In this document: positions 12,001 through 23,823 of the stretch, in pieces
Position numbering within the stretch: the stretch's first letter is position 1
How the letters are laid out: each line of letters opens with the position of its first letter
Origin: Octopus sinensis
Lineage: Eukaryota
Assembly (NCBI RefSeq): GCF_006345805.1
Contig: NC_043015.1
Location: forward strand, 39,060,001-39,124,000
Length of the DNA: 64,000 nucleotides
Direction of reading: 5' to 3'
Notes under the pieces: model-generated
Told to the model about the DNA's origin: nothing
Database searches by the model: none
Seen by the model: only the letters and a program-made list of their open reading frames with translations
Program-made: the position numbers and the translations under genes

Positions 12001-15000
12001 TGCTTAAATTAGAAATAATTCACCTTGACCCTTAAAGGTCAGCCCAGACACCTCTTCCCTTTTATTTCTATCTCTTTCCAATTCCACTCATTCACTCCTG
12101 TCTTCTAAACCATAAGTAGTTGTGTAACTCCTCTACAACAAGGAGCCTGTATTGTACTGGCCCCTTCTTTCATACTTTAACGCCTCATTTCCTAGCATAA
12201 GTGACCCCTTCTCCACCAGGGTTCATCATCTTGCAAGCTGCTGGGTGATCTGACTTGTGCCCTAAAGTGGTTGACATTAAGAAGGGCATCTGACAGCAGA
12301 AACCGTGCCAAAGAAAACACTGGAGCAGAACGCTGCCCTTGGCGCCATCAGGTCCTGTCAAACCATCCAACTCATGCCAGTATGGAACAGGGATATTTAA
12401 ATGGTGGTGGTAGTGGTGGTGGTTGCTGCTGTTGGAACAGCAAAATGGTGCAAGTGCCTGTTTTATTGACCCTTCCTGAGGGGTCAATAAAATAAATACC
12501 AGTAATACATATTAGTAATACATCTGACTATAATTTATTTAACGTTTGTTAACATTTCTTTATTTGCATTCCTTCTAGGACGCAGGGTCCGAGTTTATGC
12601 TGATGGTATCTACGACATGTTCCACAGTGGCCATGCCCGACAGCTAATGCAGGCGAAAATGGCTTTCCCTAACTCATATCTCTTGATTGGAGGTAAGTTA
12701 GTTTTTATTCATCTGTCATTTTAACGTTTCCATAGATACCATAAGAAACCTGATCATACAAGACATTTCAGACAGTGAAGTAGAATAGAATAAAGAGAGA
12801 GAGAGAGAGAGTGTGTGTGTGTGTGTGCATGTGCAATTTGGTAATACATGTTAAAACATGCAAAATTAAAGAGAAATTTTGAATGTCCTTATATATTTAA
12901 TGTTTTGTTTTGTTCTAAAACTTGAATACTTTTTCGTGTTTTGTTGTAAGATTATAAATATTTTTAACACTTTGCTGTGGCCACCATTTACAGATTCGTT
13001 CAAATAATCCCTTTCGAGGGAAACTTTTTTTGTAATATTTTGCTGTAAATTCTTACGAATTCCAAACTAAAAGCTTTTCAAAGAAAACCATATTAGCACA
13101 TATCAACCTCAAAACTTCATTGATTCTTTGGCAAAATCTCTTTATGGCTGCTATTTCATTTGCCCCAGATGGCCTTTGTCGTCAGCTGGACACAGCAGGT
13201 AACTCAGTAGTCACCTGCTCCAGGTGACCAAAAAGGTAATAGGAAAATGGCTGCAATCTACTGCTGGACACTGTGTGAGGACCCCCACTTGAGTTGCCCT
13301 TTAGCTCAGTCCTCAACTGGGCTTTAGCCAATAAGATGTGGTCATCCTTTCAAAGCTATGGACAAGATACTAGCAGTAGACGGGTGTTGATGGCATGACT
13401 GTTGCTTTTGAGGACACAGGAGACATGTTGTGGCTGTCTTAATATCTATTTCTTTACTACCCACAAGGGGCTAAACACAGAGGGGACAAACAAAGACAGA
13501 CAAACGGATTAAGTCGATTACATCGACCCCAGTGCGAAACTGGTACTTAATTTATCGACCCCGAAAGGATGAAAAGCAAAGTCGACCTCGGCAGAATTTG
13601 AACTCAGAACGTAACGGCAGACGAAATACGGCTACGCATTTCGCCCGGCGTGCTAACGTTTCTGCCAACATGTGCAAGTTATAGTTGACTGGTGGTGGTG
13701 GTGGCAGCAGTGGTGGTGGTGGTGGTGGTGGTGGTGGCGGTGGTGGTGGTGGTGGTGGTGGTGGTGGTGGTGGTGGTGGTGGTGGTGGTGGTGGCGGTGG
13801 TGGTGGTGGCGGTGGTGGTGGTTGTGGTGGCGGTGGTGGTGGTGGTGGTGGCGGCTGTGGTGGTGGTGGTGGCGGTGGTGGTGGTGGTGGTGGCAGCGGT
13901 GGTGGTGGTGGTGGTGGCAGCGGTGGTGGTGGTGGTTGTAGGTTAAATGAATGGAAATATTGGTTTTGAAAACTTTATTGTTAAGTCACTTCCCAGTATT
14001 GAGAAATACTGATTTCAAATTTTGGCACAAGGCCAGCAATTTTTCCTGTGGTGGAGGAAGGGAGAGAGGGAGGTATAAGTCAATTAGATCAAGCCCAGAG
14101 CTCAGCTGGTACTTATTCTATCAACCCCCAAAAGAATGAAAGGAGAAGTTGGTGGAGTTTGAACTCAGAACGTAAGAACAGATGAAATGCCACAAAGCAT
14201 TTTGCCTGCTGTGCTACCAATTCTGCCAGCTGACCATCTTAGTATTGAGAAATATGGGGACCATAAAACACTTGTGTGTGTGTGTAAAACACACATGGGT
14301 TCAGTCCCACTGCGTGGCACCTTGGGGAAGTGTCTTCTACTATAGCCTTGGGCTGACCAAAGCTTTGTGAGTGGATTTGGTAGAGGGAAACTGAATATAT
14401 GTATGTGTGTGTGTATTTGTGTGTCTGTGCTTATCCCCCCACCATTGCTTGACAACCAGTGTTGGTGTGTTTACATCCCCGTAACTTAGTGGTTTAGTAA
14501 AAGAGACTCATAAAATAAGTATAGGCTTACAAAGCATAAGTCCTGGGGTTGACTTGTTCGATTAAAGGCAGCACTCCAGCATGGCCACAGTCAAAAGATT
14601 GAAGCAAGTAAAAGAATAATAGAATATATATAGAGTAGAACCTTGGTTTTTGAACAACTTTAATTGCGAATAAATCGTACTTTATCTCCTGTCTTCCTCA
14701 AATTCATTTAATACAGTAATACCTCAGATTACGAACACCTCTGATCACGAATAAATTGTGCTTTATATATGTATCATCATATATATATAAAGCACTATTT
14801 ATTCGCGATCAGAGTTGTTCGAAAACTGAGGTATTACTGTATATCATCATCATCATCATCATTTAGCGTCCGCTTTCCATGCTAGCATGGGTTGGACGGT
14901 TCAACTGGGGTCTGTGAAGCTGGAAGGCTTCGTCAGGCCCAGTCAGATCTGGCAGTGTTTCTACGGCTGGATGCCCTTCCTAATGCCAACCACTCCGTGA

Positions 15001-15958
15001 GTGTAGTGGGTGCTTTTTACGTGCCACCTGCACACCTGTATAATTATTTCTAATCTAAGCACAAAGCAGGATGGGTTTAATCTCTACCATAGACCCAATA
15101 CCTTATAACAAAAAAATAAATGCCACACTTTTTTAAAGCCTAGCCAGGCTCATGGGCCCAGTTTCCCAGTTTCTATGGCGTATGTGTTCCCCAGCTGGAC
15201 GGGATGCCAGTCCATCGCAGCGTTACTCATTTTTGCCAGCTGAGTGGACTGGAGCAACGTGAAATGAAGTGTTTTGCTCAAGAACACAACGCGTCACCCG
15301 GTCCAGGAATCGAAACCATAATCTTACGATCATGGTGCTGACACCCTAACCACTAAGCCACGTGCCTCCACCGACCCAGTACCTTACTTGTACTTTATTT
15401 TATTAACCCCGGAAAGATGAAAGGCAGGCTTTAACTCAGCAGGATTTAAACTCAAAATATAAATAGCCACAAGAGATGCCACGAAACATTTTGGTTGATA
15501 AGCTAATGGTTCTAGCAACTCACTTTATTAATAATGCAATGATAAGATATTAAAGATAAAAGTTGACAACATATTTCTAAATAACGAATATGTCTGAATG
15601 GTATATAATTAATATAATGCTAAAGAGGTGTAATTGTTATGAATTTGCAGTATGTAATGAAGAACTAACACATCTCATGAAAGGACGCACGGTCATGGAC
15701 GAGTTTGAACGTTATGAAGCAGTTCGGCATTGTCGTTACGTTGATGAATTAATCACTGACGCTCCCTGGACCATTACTGATGATTTTTTAGAAAAGCACA
15801 AGGTATTCCAATCATCATTTGAGGGTCATCTTTAATTAAGGATTTCAGTAATTTATAACTTCCCAATCTTATTGTCTCTTATTTCATATCACACCAACAT
15901 ATGCACTTTCTGACAAGTTGTGGTGCACCTGAGCACTGTATACAATAATTTCATCATA

Positions 15959-16031
<73 letters not shown>

Positions 16032-19000
16032 TCCATTGTGTTGTTATATAATCAACATCATTATATACAGTCCTCAATGCTATTTTATATATATATATCC
16101 AATATATATCCAGTGCCATTCTTTAACCAACAGTTGTTATGTAACCAACATTTAATAACACTTTTGAAATTGTGTAATTATGTAATTAACTTATATAATC
16201 AATACCATTATGTAATAAATAGTGTTGTTGATTAGCTAAAAGTGTCAGTATGTAATCAAGGCTATCGTTATAGTGTGGTTAGTTATCATTGTGCAATAAT
16301 CCACATCGTTATACATTAGCAGTGTTACTCTTTTTTCCTGTATATTGAAATTGGCTAATTTCTTGATGGCACCAGAGTCCTAAAACTTTATTTATTTTCT
16401 TATTTTTTCATTTTATTTATTTTTGATAAGTTTAGTCTTGGGCCTCTTGATTCTAGGCTTTCTTTCTATGTTTTGGGTCTTCCTCTGCTCTAAGGACTGG
16501 CTCATCAGTATTTAGGGTTTATATAATAAACAATGTCCAGATTGAACCAACAATGTCTTCATAGAGTCATTAAACATCCTCAAAGTCTTTATTTCCTTTT
16601 TACCTTCTCAATAATTTATCTTTTCTTTCCTTCTCTTCGATTTCTAATCTCTCTTCCTCAACTTTATTATAAGTGGTGTCCATTCTTGGCACCTGTTGAA
16701 TTACACTTTTCTTCTTTAATAACACCTTAATAAAACAAATCCCATGCAAAGGTCATATCTCCATTAAATGACCTTTCCAGTGTTGTACAGGTGACACTTA
16801 TGTAAATAAGTTTAGTGTTTTCTTTGTTTATCGTTTTTACCTGACAATATTGTCACATCTGTCAAACTTGAAAGTAAAACAACTCAACTTTCCTATGAGG
16901 AAACTTTTTTTTTTTTTTATAATTTTGTCGCTCAACCTGTTTTATGTCTTTCTTTGTCTTTGCATTTATTGTTTTTTTCACAAATTCAAATTTTAAATTT
17001 TGCCTTTAAAACTATTTCCAGATTGATTTTGTTGCCCATGACGACCTTCCCTATGCTGCTGTGAACAGTGAAGATGTCTACAAAGACATCAAAGCCCGAG
17101 GAATGTAAATATTCTCTTCCACTTCTGTTAAATAACACTCTGTGTAACATGATTCTTTGTCCTTGGGGAGCAACTGTTATTCCCTACTTGTTGACCCCTG
17201 TATGGTATGAAAAATGGTTAATGTTTCCTTCAAACTGTGCTTTTGTTATGATATTTATTAAAACCCCAAAGAATCCCTCTCAACACATGGATATGATGCT
17301 CCCCCACTACTCCTGCTCATCATCGGGGATTCACATATTGTCAGCCACTAAGGGACATACTCAAGTGGTTATGGTCAAATCATCTGACAAGAAAGTCTTT
17401 GGTATTGAGCAGAATATTTGCTATAACGATATTTCTGCTTTAGCAACTCAGAGCTGAATCTGTTTGAAATGTAATGGAAAATAGGTCAGTTTCGAAACAT
17501 TGATGTCCAGGTCACAAAAGCATAGTTTGAAGGGAATAATAGCCATTTCTTTTGATTTCTAGATAGAAGCAAATTAGACGCCAGTGCCGCTGGACTGGCT
17601 CCTGTGCAGGTGGCACATAAAAAGCACCACTTGAGCATGGCTGTTGCCACTACCACCAAACTGGCCCTCGTGCCGGTGGCACGTAAAAGCACCCACTACA
17701 CTCGGAGTGGTTGGCGTTAGGAAGGGCATCCAGCTGTAGAAACTCTGCCAGATCAGATTGGAGTCTGGTTCACCAGACCTTAGTCAAACTGTCCAACCCA
17801 TGCCAGCATGGAAAGCAGACGTTAAACGATGAGGATGATGACTTACTGGTAAAGACAAAAAAAATCCAGAAAATAAGCTTTGTCTCACCGTGTTATAATT
17901 AATTGCTTATAGCTGTTATTGATTGATTTCATTTTTCTCTCTCGTGGCTCTGACAAAAAGAGGTTCTGTTGTGTGTGAGTCGAGAAGTCTAACAGAATCA
18001 TCGCAGCTGTTCAAGATAAGAAAATCGAAACAGTACAAACATAAGATATTTAAATAATTCTATCAGTTGTAATGTTAATTAAATAGTCTATAACTTATTT
18101 CCGCTGTTGAAAGTCTTCTGTTTATATTTTTTACTGCTTTGTTTGACACACAAAAATCATTTTTGGTAAACCACGTTCAGCTCTTGCTCAAATTCCTTTT
18201 CTCAATTTTTACTTTTCTTGTTTCACTTTAAAGTCATTCATTTTGCCCATTCTGTAGCTATATATAAAGGGGCAAGGAGGCGCAATGGCCCAGTGGTTAG
18301 GGCAGCGGACTCGCGGTCATAGGATCGCGGTTTCGACTCCCAGACCAGGCGTTGTGAGTGTTTATTGAGTGAAAACACTTAAAGCTCCACGAGGCTCCGG
18401 CAGGGGATGGTGGTGATCCCTGCTGTACTCTTTCACCACAACTTTCTACCACTCTTACTTCCTGTTTCTGTTGTACCTGTATTTCAAAGGGCTGGCCTTG
18501 TCACTCTCTGTGTCACGCTGAATATCCCCGAGAACTACGTTAAGGGTACACGTGTCTGTGGAGTGCTCAGCCACTTACACGTTAATTTCACGAGCAGACT
18601 GTTCCGTTGATTCGGATCAACCGGAACCCTCGTCGTCGTAACCGACGGAGTGCTTCCATCCATAAAGGGGCAAGAAATGTTTAGTATAAGGGACCCAGTT
18701 ACAGCCGTCGGGTGTCTTATCAAACAGCTATCCATTTTCATCTTCTTTATAAATTCCACGATGGGTTCCTTTCATGCAGTTTATCTTCTAAACCAATGTT
18801 TTTTTTTTCTTCTAAAAGCAGTCAAAACCACACAAATTCACTAATTGAAAATTACTTTTAATAAAAGTACATTTTTTTTTCTTTTCTTGTGATTTCACCA
18901 TTTTCTCAGGTTTCTTGCTACTAAAAGAACCGAAGGAATTTCCACAACAGACATCATTGCTCGTATCATAAAAGACTACGATATGTACGTGCGGAGAAAC

Positions 19001-19345
19001 TTGTCCAGAGGTTATACTGCTAAAGAGTTGAATGTGGGTTTCATGAAGGTGAGTCCAGCTGGCTTCGGTTCAATCCTTCCTTGTGGTGGTTTCCTTTGCT
19101 GCTGTTTCTATACGTATTTCCTTCGAGAATCAGAGTGGAGTATGTTGTCAGAGGTGATGATGGTGGTGGTGGTGGTTGAGAGGATGTAAAGCTAATATTT
19201 GAGCTCCATTCCTGAACTAAATGGCTAGAACCAACAACATCATCATCATTATCATCACCATCATTATCATCAGCATCACTATCATCGCCGTCATCGTCAT
19301 CATCATCATCATCATCAACCAGATACACTGCAACAATATTCTGGC

Positions 19346-19382
<37 letters not shown>

Positions 19383-22300
19383 GTTATTGAGTGAGAGATC
19401 AGTGCATGCCATCAAAGTGACACTAAGGTACAAATATACAAAGCCCAATATACCCATCATGACTACCCATTTGATAAAGGTACACCAGGGACATGCATCA
19501 CAACCATGTGTGGGTGACATGGTGATCTCATTCATATCAAGATAAATAGCGCATGACCTTGCAGGTGGGACCCATTTAGAATTTTCTTCCGGTTGAGTAG
19601 TCCAACCCACTCAAAAAGTCCCTGAATAAGGATTGTTTAAGGATGATGAATGAAACATCCATGTTTCCTGAGAATTTCTCTCAACACATGGCCATGATGC
19701 TCCCCGATGACTTCTGCTCGTGATCAGAGATGCATATATCATCTACCATTAAGGGCCATGCGCAACTGGTTACGGTCAAACAATTGACAAGCAAATCTGT
19801 GGTATTGAGCAGAATATTTGCTGTGGCCCATCTTTTGTACCAAGACAAAATATGCACATGATAACACTTCCAATCAGTTAAGATGAGAGCCACTGCATGG
19901 TTGTTATTTGTGTTATTTCTGTGTAAGAGTCGATATCCTTTGATAAGGTTGCCAAAGTAACAAAAAAACTTTTTGAAACAGACAAAAACATTAGTGGAGA
20001 TTGAACCAGTGAATGTGTTAAATATATTAAGGCAATATGTCTCTTCCCAGGCACAACAAAATACTGAATAACTTCTACAATATTACACACACCCCCACTT
20101 AATAATATATGGTTTATATTTTCTGTATTTTCAGGAAAAGAAGATCCAATTTGAAGATAGATACGGCAAGCTGAAAGACAAAGGCAAATCATTAAGGAGA
20201 GGCTTTATGGATAAAGGAGGAGAATTGCTTCATAAATGGGAGGAGAAATCGAAAGAATTCATTGGCAATTTTCTGGACCTTTTTGGCAGAGACGGCAAAA
20301 TTGTAAGAAAGCTAAATTATTTCCCTTTTTACAGTTTTTAGTGGTAAAATGCAAGCATTGGAATATTTTTGTGTCCGTTGTGCATTGGGTTGGGTTGGTC
20401 GCCACAGACTGAGTCATTTCTTATTTAGAGTTAAGTGGAATAAATTAAAGAATACCTGGTAAAATAAATTACTGTAATTAAATTAGAATTTTCTGTTATT
20501 AAAGAGAAGTAATTAATTTGGAGATAACTAAGAACTTAATTAGTGAAATAGCAGTAATTGAAATGAAATGAAGCTGGAGATTATTGAAGGGAAATATTTA
20601 AATGGAAGATAAAATACTTTTTCTAATTGCAATCAAGATGAATTTTTGTTGTGTGGTGGTGATGATGGTGGTGGTGGAGGGGGGTGCAGGTGATGATTAA
20701 ATTTGCAAGTTATGGCTAAAAGTTAACTCCTGTTGTAACATGTCAAACCCGTTCCTGTCCCAGTTACATTCTGATTACAAGCTCTTTCATTAACCCTAAT
20801 TACAATCTAAATCTAATTACAAACCTGTTGCACAAATCATGTCACTTGACAGCTGAAGTTAGTCTTTCAGTGTCAGACTTGAAAATGTTGCCTGGGTCTC
20901 TGAATAAATTTCTTCAACCACCCCTCCACTTCATATGAGTGGCTCAGCAGTGTTGACTAATATATTCGTGTTCTGAGTGCATCATGAAGTGAAGTAGCTC
21001 ATCCCATGGATCATTTGATCATACAAATGCTTCTTAATAACAACAAGGGTCTCCTAAATAATGACGAGGGTTTTCACCATCCATGTGTCTTTTTATTTAG
21101 AATATGGCCCTCCTAGACAAGTTTTCATTTGAAGTACTTTCTGCTTTGAGCATGGTTTCTGTAGCTGGACGCCCTTCCTGAAACCCTCCCCTTTACAGAG
21201 TGTACTGGGTGCTTTTACGTGCCACTGGCACGAGGACCAGTCAGATAGTTCTGGGAATGACCACGCTCAAAAGGTGTTTTTACGTGCTACCAGCATAGGA
21301 GCCAGTCTGGCGGCACTGGCAACAACCTCGCTCGAATGTTGTTTTTCACATGCCATTGGCACATGTGTCGGTAAGGCGACACTGGCAACAATCATGCTCG
21401 AATGGTGCTTTTCACATGTCACCAGCACAGGAGCCAATCCGTGGCCCTGGCAATAATCACACTCAGATGTGCTTTTAACATTCCACTGGCACGAGTACCA
21501 ATCAGGCGGTACTGTCATCAGCCACGTTATTGATTTTGATTTTGATTTCACTTGGCTCAATAGGTCTTCACAAGCAAATTTTATTGTCCAATAAATGAGG
21601 GGTATCCATAAATGGGCTGGTTACACCCACTGGAATAGGCCATGGGCTATGGTCTCACTTGGCTTCCCAGGTCTTCTCAAGCACAGCATATCTCCAAAGG
21701 TCTCGGTCACTAGTCATTGCCTCAGTAAGGCCCAATGTTTGAAGGTCATGTTTCACCACCTCATCTCAGGTTTTCCTGTGTCTACCTCTTCCATAGGTTC
21801 CTTCAACTGCTAGGGTGTGACATTTTTTCACACAGCTGTCCTCATTCATTTGCAACACATGACCATACCAGCGCAGTCGTCTCTCTTGCACACTACATCT
21901 GATGCTTCTTAAATCCAACTTTTCTCTCAGGGCGCTTATACTCTGTTGTGTATGCACACTGACATTACACACCTGGCAGAGCATACTAGCTTCATTCCTT
22001 GCAAGCTTGCGCACGTCCTCAGCAGTCATGGCCCATATTTCACTGCCATGTAGCATGGCTGTTCGTACACGAAATTACATAATTTGTGTGTGTGTATGTG
22101 CGTGTGTGTGTGTGAGTGGTAAGCAGTATTCTATGTATTCTATATATGTTAAAGAAAAGTGAATCAATGTGCTGATTAATGCTTTGCTCTTCCAGAGTAC
22201 TTGGATAAATGAAGGACGCCAACGGATGGCCAGAGCCATTTCACCAGGTTCCAGTCCTTCTCGAGATTTCAGTCCACCAAGTCCACCCATTTCTTCGAGG

Positions 22301-22447
22301 TCACCCAGCCCCTCCAGTCCCCCAGCCAAACGAAGTCGTATGTCGGACATTGCCATGGAAGAGGAAGATAGAGAAGAAGAGAATTTCATCAATGACGATG
22401 AGGAGTATCCGCTGACGGACTCCGAAGAGGACCAAGAAGAAATGTAA
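4174..22447 (+). CDS. PCYT1: Choline-phosphate cytidylyltransferase (CCT), complete spliced CDS: join(4174-4281,5559-5664,12579-12692,15651-15802,17022-17104,18910-19048,20135-20302,22196-22447), 1122 nt, 373 aa
   Basis: All eight exons are GT-AG bounded and phase-compatible. The translation contains [16 protein letters not shown] (HxGH), [35 protein letters not shown], an amphipathic M domain ([18 protein letters not shown]) and a Ser/Pro-rich then acidic tail. A and B paralogues cannot be distinguished in an invertebrate. Confidence 0.97.
5559..5664 (+). CDS. PCYT1: PCYT1 coding exon 2 ([35 protein letters not shown])
   Basis: aatttcag acceptor, gtaaca donor, phase 0 to 1; matches the PAPF..D...IT.E.A segment of CCTs. 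Confidence 0.9.
5874..6526. repeat. About 650 bp imperfect fold-back element: Penelope-like hammerhead arms, (TAT)n/(ATA/ATG)n tracts and a palindromic tRNA-like centre
   Basis: 5874-6010 is the reverse complement of about 6390-6526; the centre 6072-6190 is itself self-complementary. Confidence 0.85.
6764..6984 (+). mobile_element. piggyBac-type MITE
   Basis: TTAA-CCCTTTTGTTAC ... GTAACGAAAGGG-TTAA; further copies at 29771-29989 and 51121-51332. Confidence 0.8.
7141..7295 (+). mobile_element. Non-autonomous retroelement with a ggttggcgttaggaagggcatcc core and (GAT)n tail
   Basis: Many copies: 8040-8295, 9683-9891, 10190-10395, 14845-15037(-), 17575-17840, 39805-40010(-), 41400-41720, 51335-51500(-), 57537-57830(-). 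Confidence 0.8.
8498..8965. repeat. Perfect 225-bp-arm palindrome with an 18-nt loop
   Basis: 8498-8722 is the reverse complement of 8741-8965; I found no mismatch by eye. Loop sequence is tcttacagctgtttcggc. Confidence 0.95.
9476..9645 (+). mobile_element. SINE family starting ggcgcaggagtggctgtgtggtaag (head fragment)
   Basis: Fuller copies at 14285-14620(+), 36615-36990(-), 39122-39473(-), 47192-47600(+), 49575-49955(-), 56363-56790(+) and 62010-62175(-). Confidence 0.8.
10862..11252 (+). mobile_element. Helitron-like non-autonomous element
   Basis: Begins ACTAGCAGTATCGCCC.GC.TTGCTCGGG (hairpin) and ends ACAGACAACTTCAGCTTTATATA; near-identical inverted copy at 54160-54542. Superfamily assignment is by resemblance to Lep1-type elements. 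Confidence 0.6.
12579..12692 (+). CDS. PCYT1: PCYT1 coding exon 3 ([38 protein letters not shown])
   Basis: ttctag acceptor, gtaagt donor; contains the HSGH catalytic motif. Confidence 0.98.
13690..13938 (+). repeat. (GGT)n microsatellite with GGC interruptions
   Basis: About 83 GGN triplets read directly, in PCYT1 intron 3. Confidence 0.95.
14715..14839. mobile_element. Tigger/pogo-type hairpin MITE
   Basis: TA-CAGTAATACCTCAG ... CTGAGGTATTACTG-TA, with arms of about 55 bp and a TA target duplication. Confidence 0.85.
15651..15802 (+). CDS. PCYT1: PCYT1 coding exon 4 ([51 protein letters not shown])
   Basis: ttgcag acceptor, gtattc donor, 152 nt; highly conserved CCT catalytic sequence. 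Confidence 0.98.
17022..17104 (+). CDS. PCYT1: PCYT1 coding exon 5 ([27 protein letters not shown] + AT)
   Basis: ttccag acceptor, gtaaat donor at 17105; the phase-2 end is the only GT that keeps frame with the next exon. Confidence 0.95.
18277..18660 (+). mobile_element. Full-length tRNA-derived SINE (ggaggcgcaatggcccagtggttagggcagcggactcgc...)
   Basis: A-box/B-box-like head; inverted copy at 29310-29632 and relatives at 9165-9430 and 30995-32500. Confidence 0.85.
18910..19048 (+). CDS. PCYT1: PCYT1 coding exon 6 ([47 protein letters not shown])
   Basis: ttttctcag acceptor, gtgagt donor; contains the RTEGIST motif. Confidence 0.97.
20135..20302 (+). CDS. PCYT1: PCYT1 coding exon 7, membrane-binding M domain ([10 protein letters not shown]...[23 protein letters not shown])
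   Basis: ttttcag acceptor, gtaaga donor, 168 nt, phase 0 to 0. Confidence 0.96.
21530..22070 (-). mobile_element. RTE-clade LINE 3' fragment
   Basis: Peptide [14 protein letters not shown]...[12 protein letters not shown]...[12 protein letters not shown] is typical of the RTE ORF2 C-terminus; gaaatcaaaatcaaaatc tail. Confidence 0.9.
22196..22447 (+). CDS. PCYT1: PCYT1 terminal coding exon, phosphorylation (P) region
   Basis: ctcttccag acceptor; [31 protein letters not shown]...PPAKRSR...EEDQEEM then TAA. Confidence 0.93.
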   Translation, partial: STWINEGRQRMARAISPGSSPSRDFSPPSPPISSRSPSPSSPPAKRSRMSDIAMEEEDREEENFINDDEEYPLTDSEEDQEEM

Positions 22448-23009
22448 CTTATTTTTATTCTCTCAGAAAACAGCAACAAAAATAAAAAAAGTGCTTTTTT
22501 TAAAAAGAACAAAAAATTTCAAATTGATAACAGCCTTTCATCAGATCTGTTGAAATCTGAAAACCAGTTTTGGTTGATCTATTTATATTAAGTAGTAAAA
22601 AGGTTGAATAAGGGAATTAAAGATATTTTAGTTGGGTGCATATGTATATATATATGCTTGCAAGGGTTAAAACTGATGGAGGGTACACATAACTGATTAA
22701 ATGGTTGGTTCCATATTTTATTGTTAACCCCCTTTTGATATATAAACCTGCCAGTGATTGCCTCACACTCTATTATATATATATATATGAAAAAATGGAA
22801 AAAAAACTTCTTGTTTTATATTATTTACATTTCAGTTGTAATTTTATGTAACAATAAAAAAGAAAAACAACTTTTAAGTTATATTCCAAACACCAGCTTA
22901 ACAATGACAGTGATGTATTCTGACTAAATCTCTCCGAATTATTTGTTATTTTCAAAATTAATTAAAACACAATGAGTGTATTTCATTAGAGAAAGAGATA
23001 TGAAAGGGT

Positions 23010-23089
23010 GAAAGGGTTATGTTGAGAAAGGATCATGTTGTGAAAGGTTCATGTTGCAAAAGGGTCATATTTTGAAAGGGTTATGATGT
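23010..23089 (+). repeat. 16-bp tandem repeat x5 (gaaagggttatgttga-like)
   Basis: Five diverged units read directly, downstream of the PCYT1 stop codon. Confidence 0.8.
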
Positions 23090-23788
23090 GCTGTGTTTGT
23101 AAACTGCCAATTTGCAAGTCTTCAACATTTAAAACTATTAAATTAAATATCATTTTTAAATCAAATAGAATTTTCCTTTTTTGATGTTTTAAATTATATT
23201 CTGGAAATATTTAGTTCTATTTTCCTTATATTGGCCATTCTTTTTCTAGAGTTCTGTCAAATGTTTGGACCAGTTTTTCTTGCTTTCTTTAAAAGAACCA
23301 AAATAACAACCTCTATTCTTGGCTGTTTTAATTCTCTTTCTATTATTTTATGGTTTCACGTACATCACATGAAAGACAACAGAACTAAACTTAAGCAACA
23401 TTAAACAATTCTAGATAAGGAAACCAGAATGAAGACCCTGTGTTCCTACAGGAAATATAACATGGCTATCTTCAATTTTTATTCTCTTATGTTTTTTTTA
23501 TCTGCTTTAAACATTTTTTTTCAAATTCAAACAGTGTGTGTGTGTGTGTGTGTATACACAGTCTTTCTGTTGCTTGATTTTTAAAATATATTTTTTTAGT
23601 GTGTTAAACTAACTATTTAATAGGATTAAGTTTTAACCTGCTAAGTTATAAGTTCTAATCTCACCAGGTCTTATGCCTCTCATCTCTTCAGGGTTAATAA
23701 GGGAAGTCCTTGAAATATTTAGACTAATTTAATTCAGTATATCCATCCTTCCTCTCCATTGGCCTTAATGCCAATGTAAGCAATTATA

Positions 23789-23819
<31 letters not shown>

Positions 23820-23823
<4 letters not shown>

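Noticed and set aside
13672-13969. Poly-Gly, poly-Val and poly-Trp ORFs
   Set aside because: These are three frames of a (GGT)n microsatellite inside a PCYT1 intron, with no splice context.
18277-18350. Possible tRNA gene (also 33206-33280 and 30995-31060)
   Set aside because: The tRNA-like heads continue into SINE bodies found in multiple copies, and no complete cloverleaf is evident.
19041-19610. 189-aa minus-strand ORF with poly-N and poly-D
   Set aside because: Trinucleotide repeats plus a dispersed repeat, antisense within PCYT1 intron 6.
22075-22512. 145-aa minus-strand ORF
   Set aside because: Antisense shadow of the PCYT1 terminal exon.
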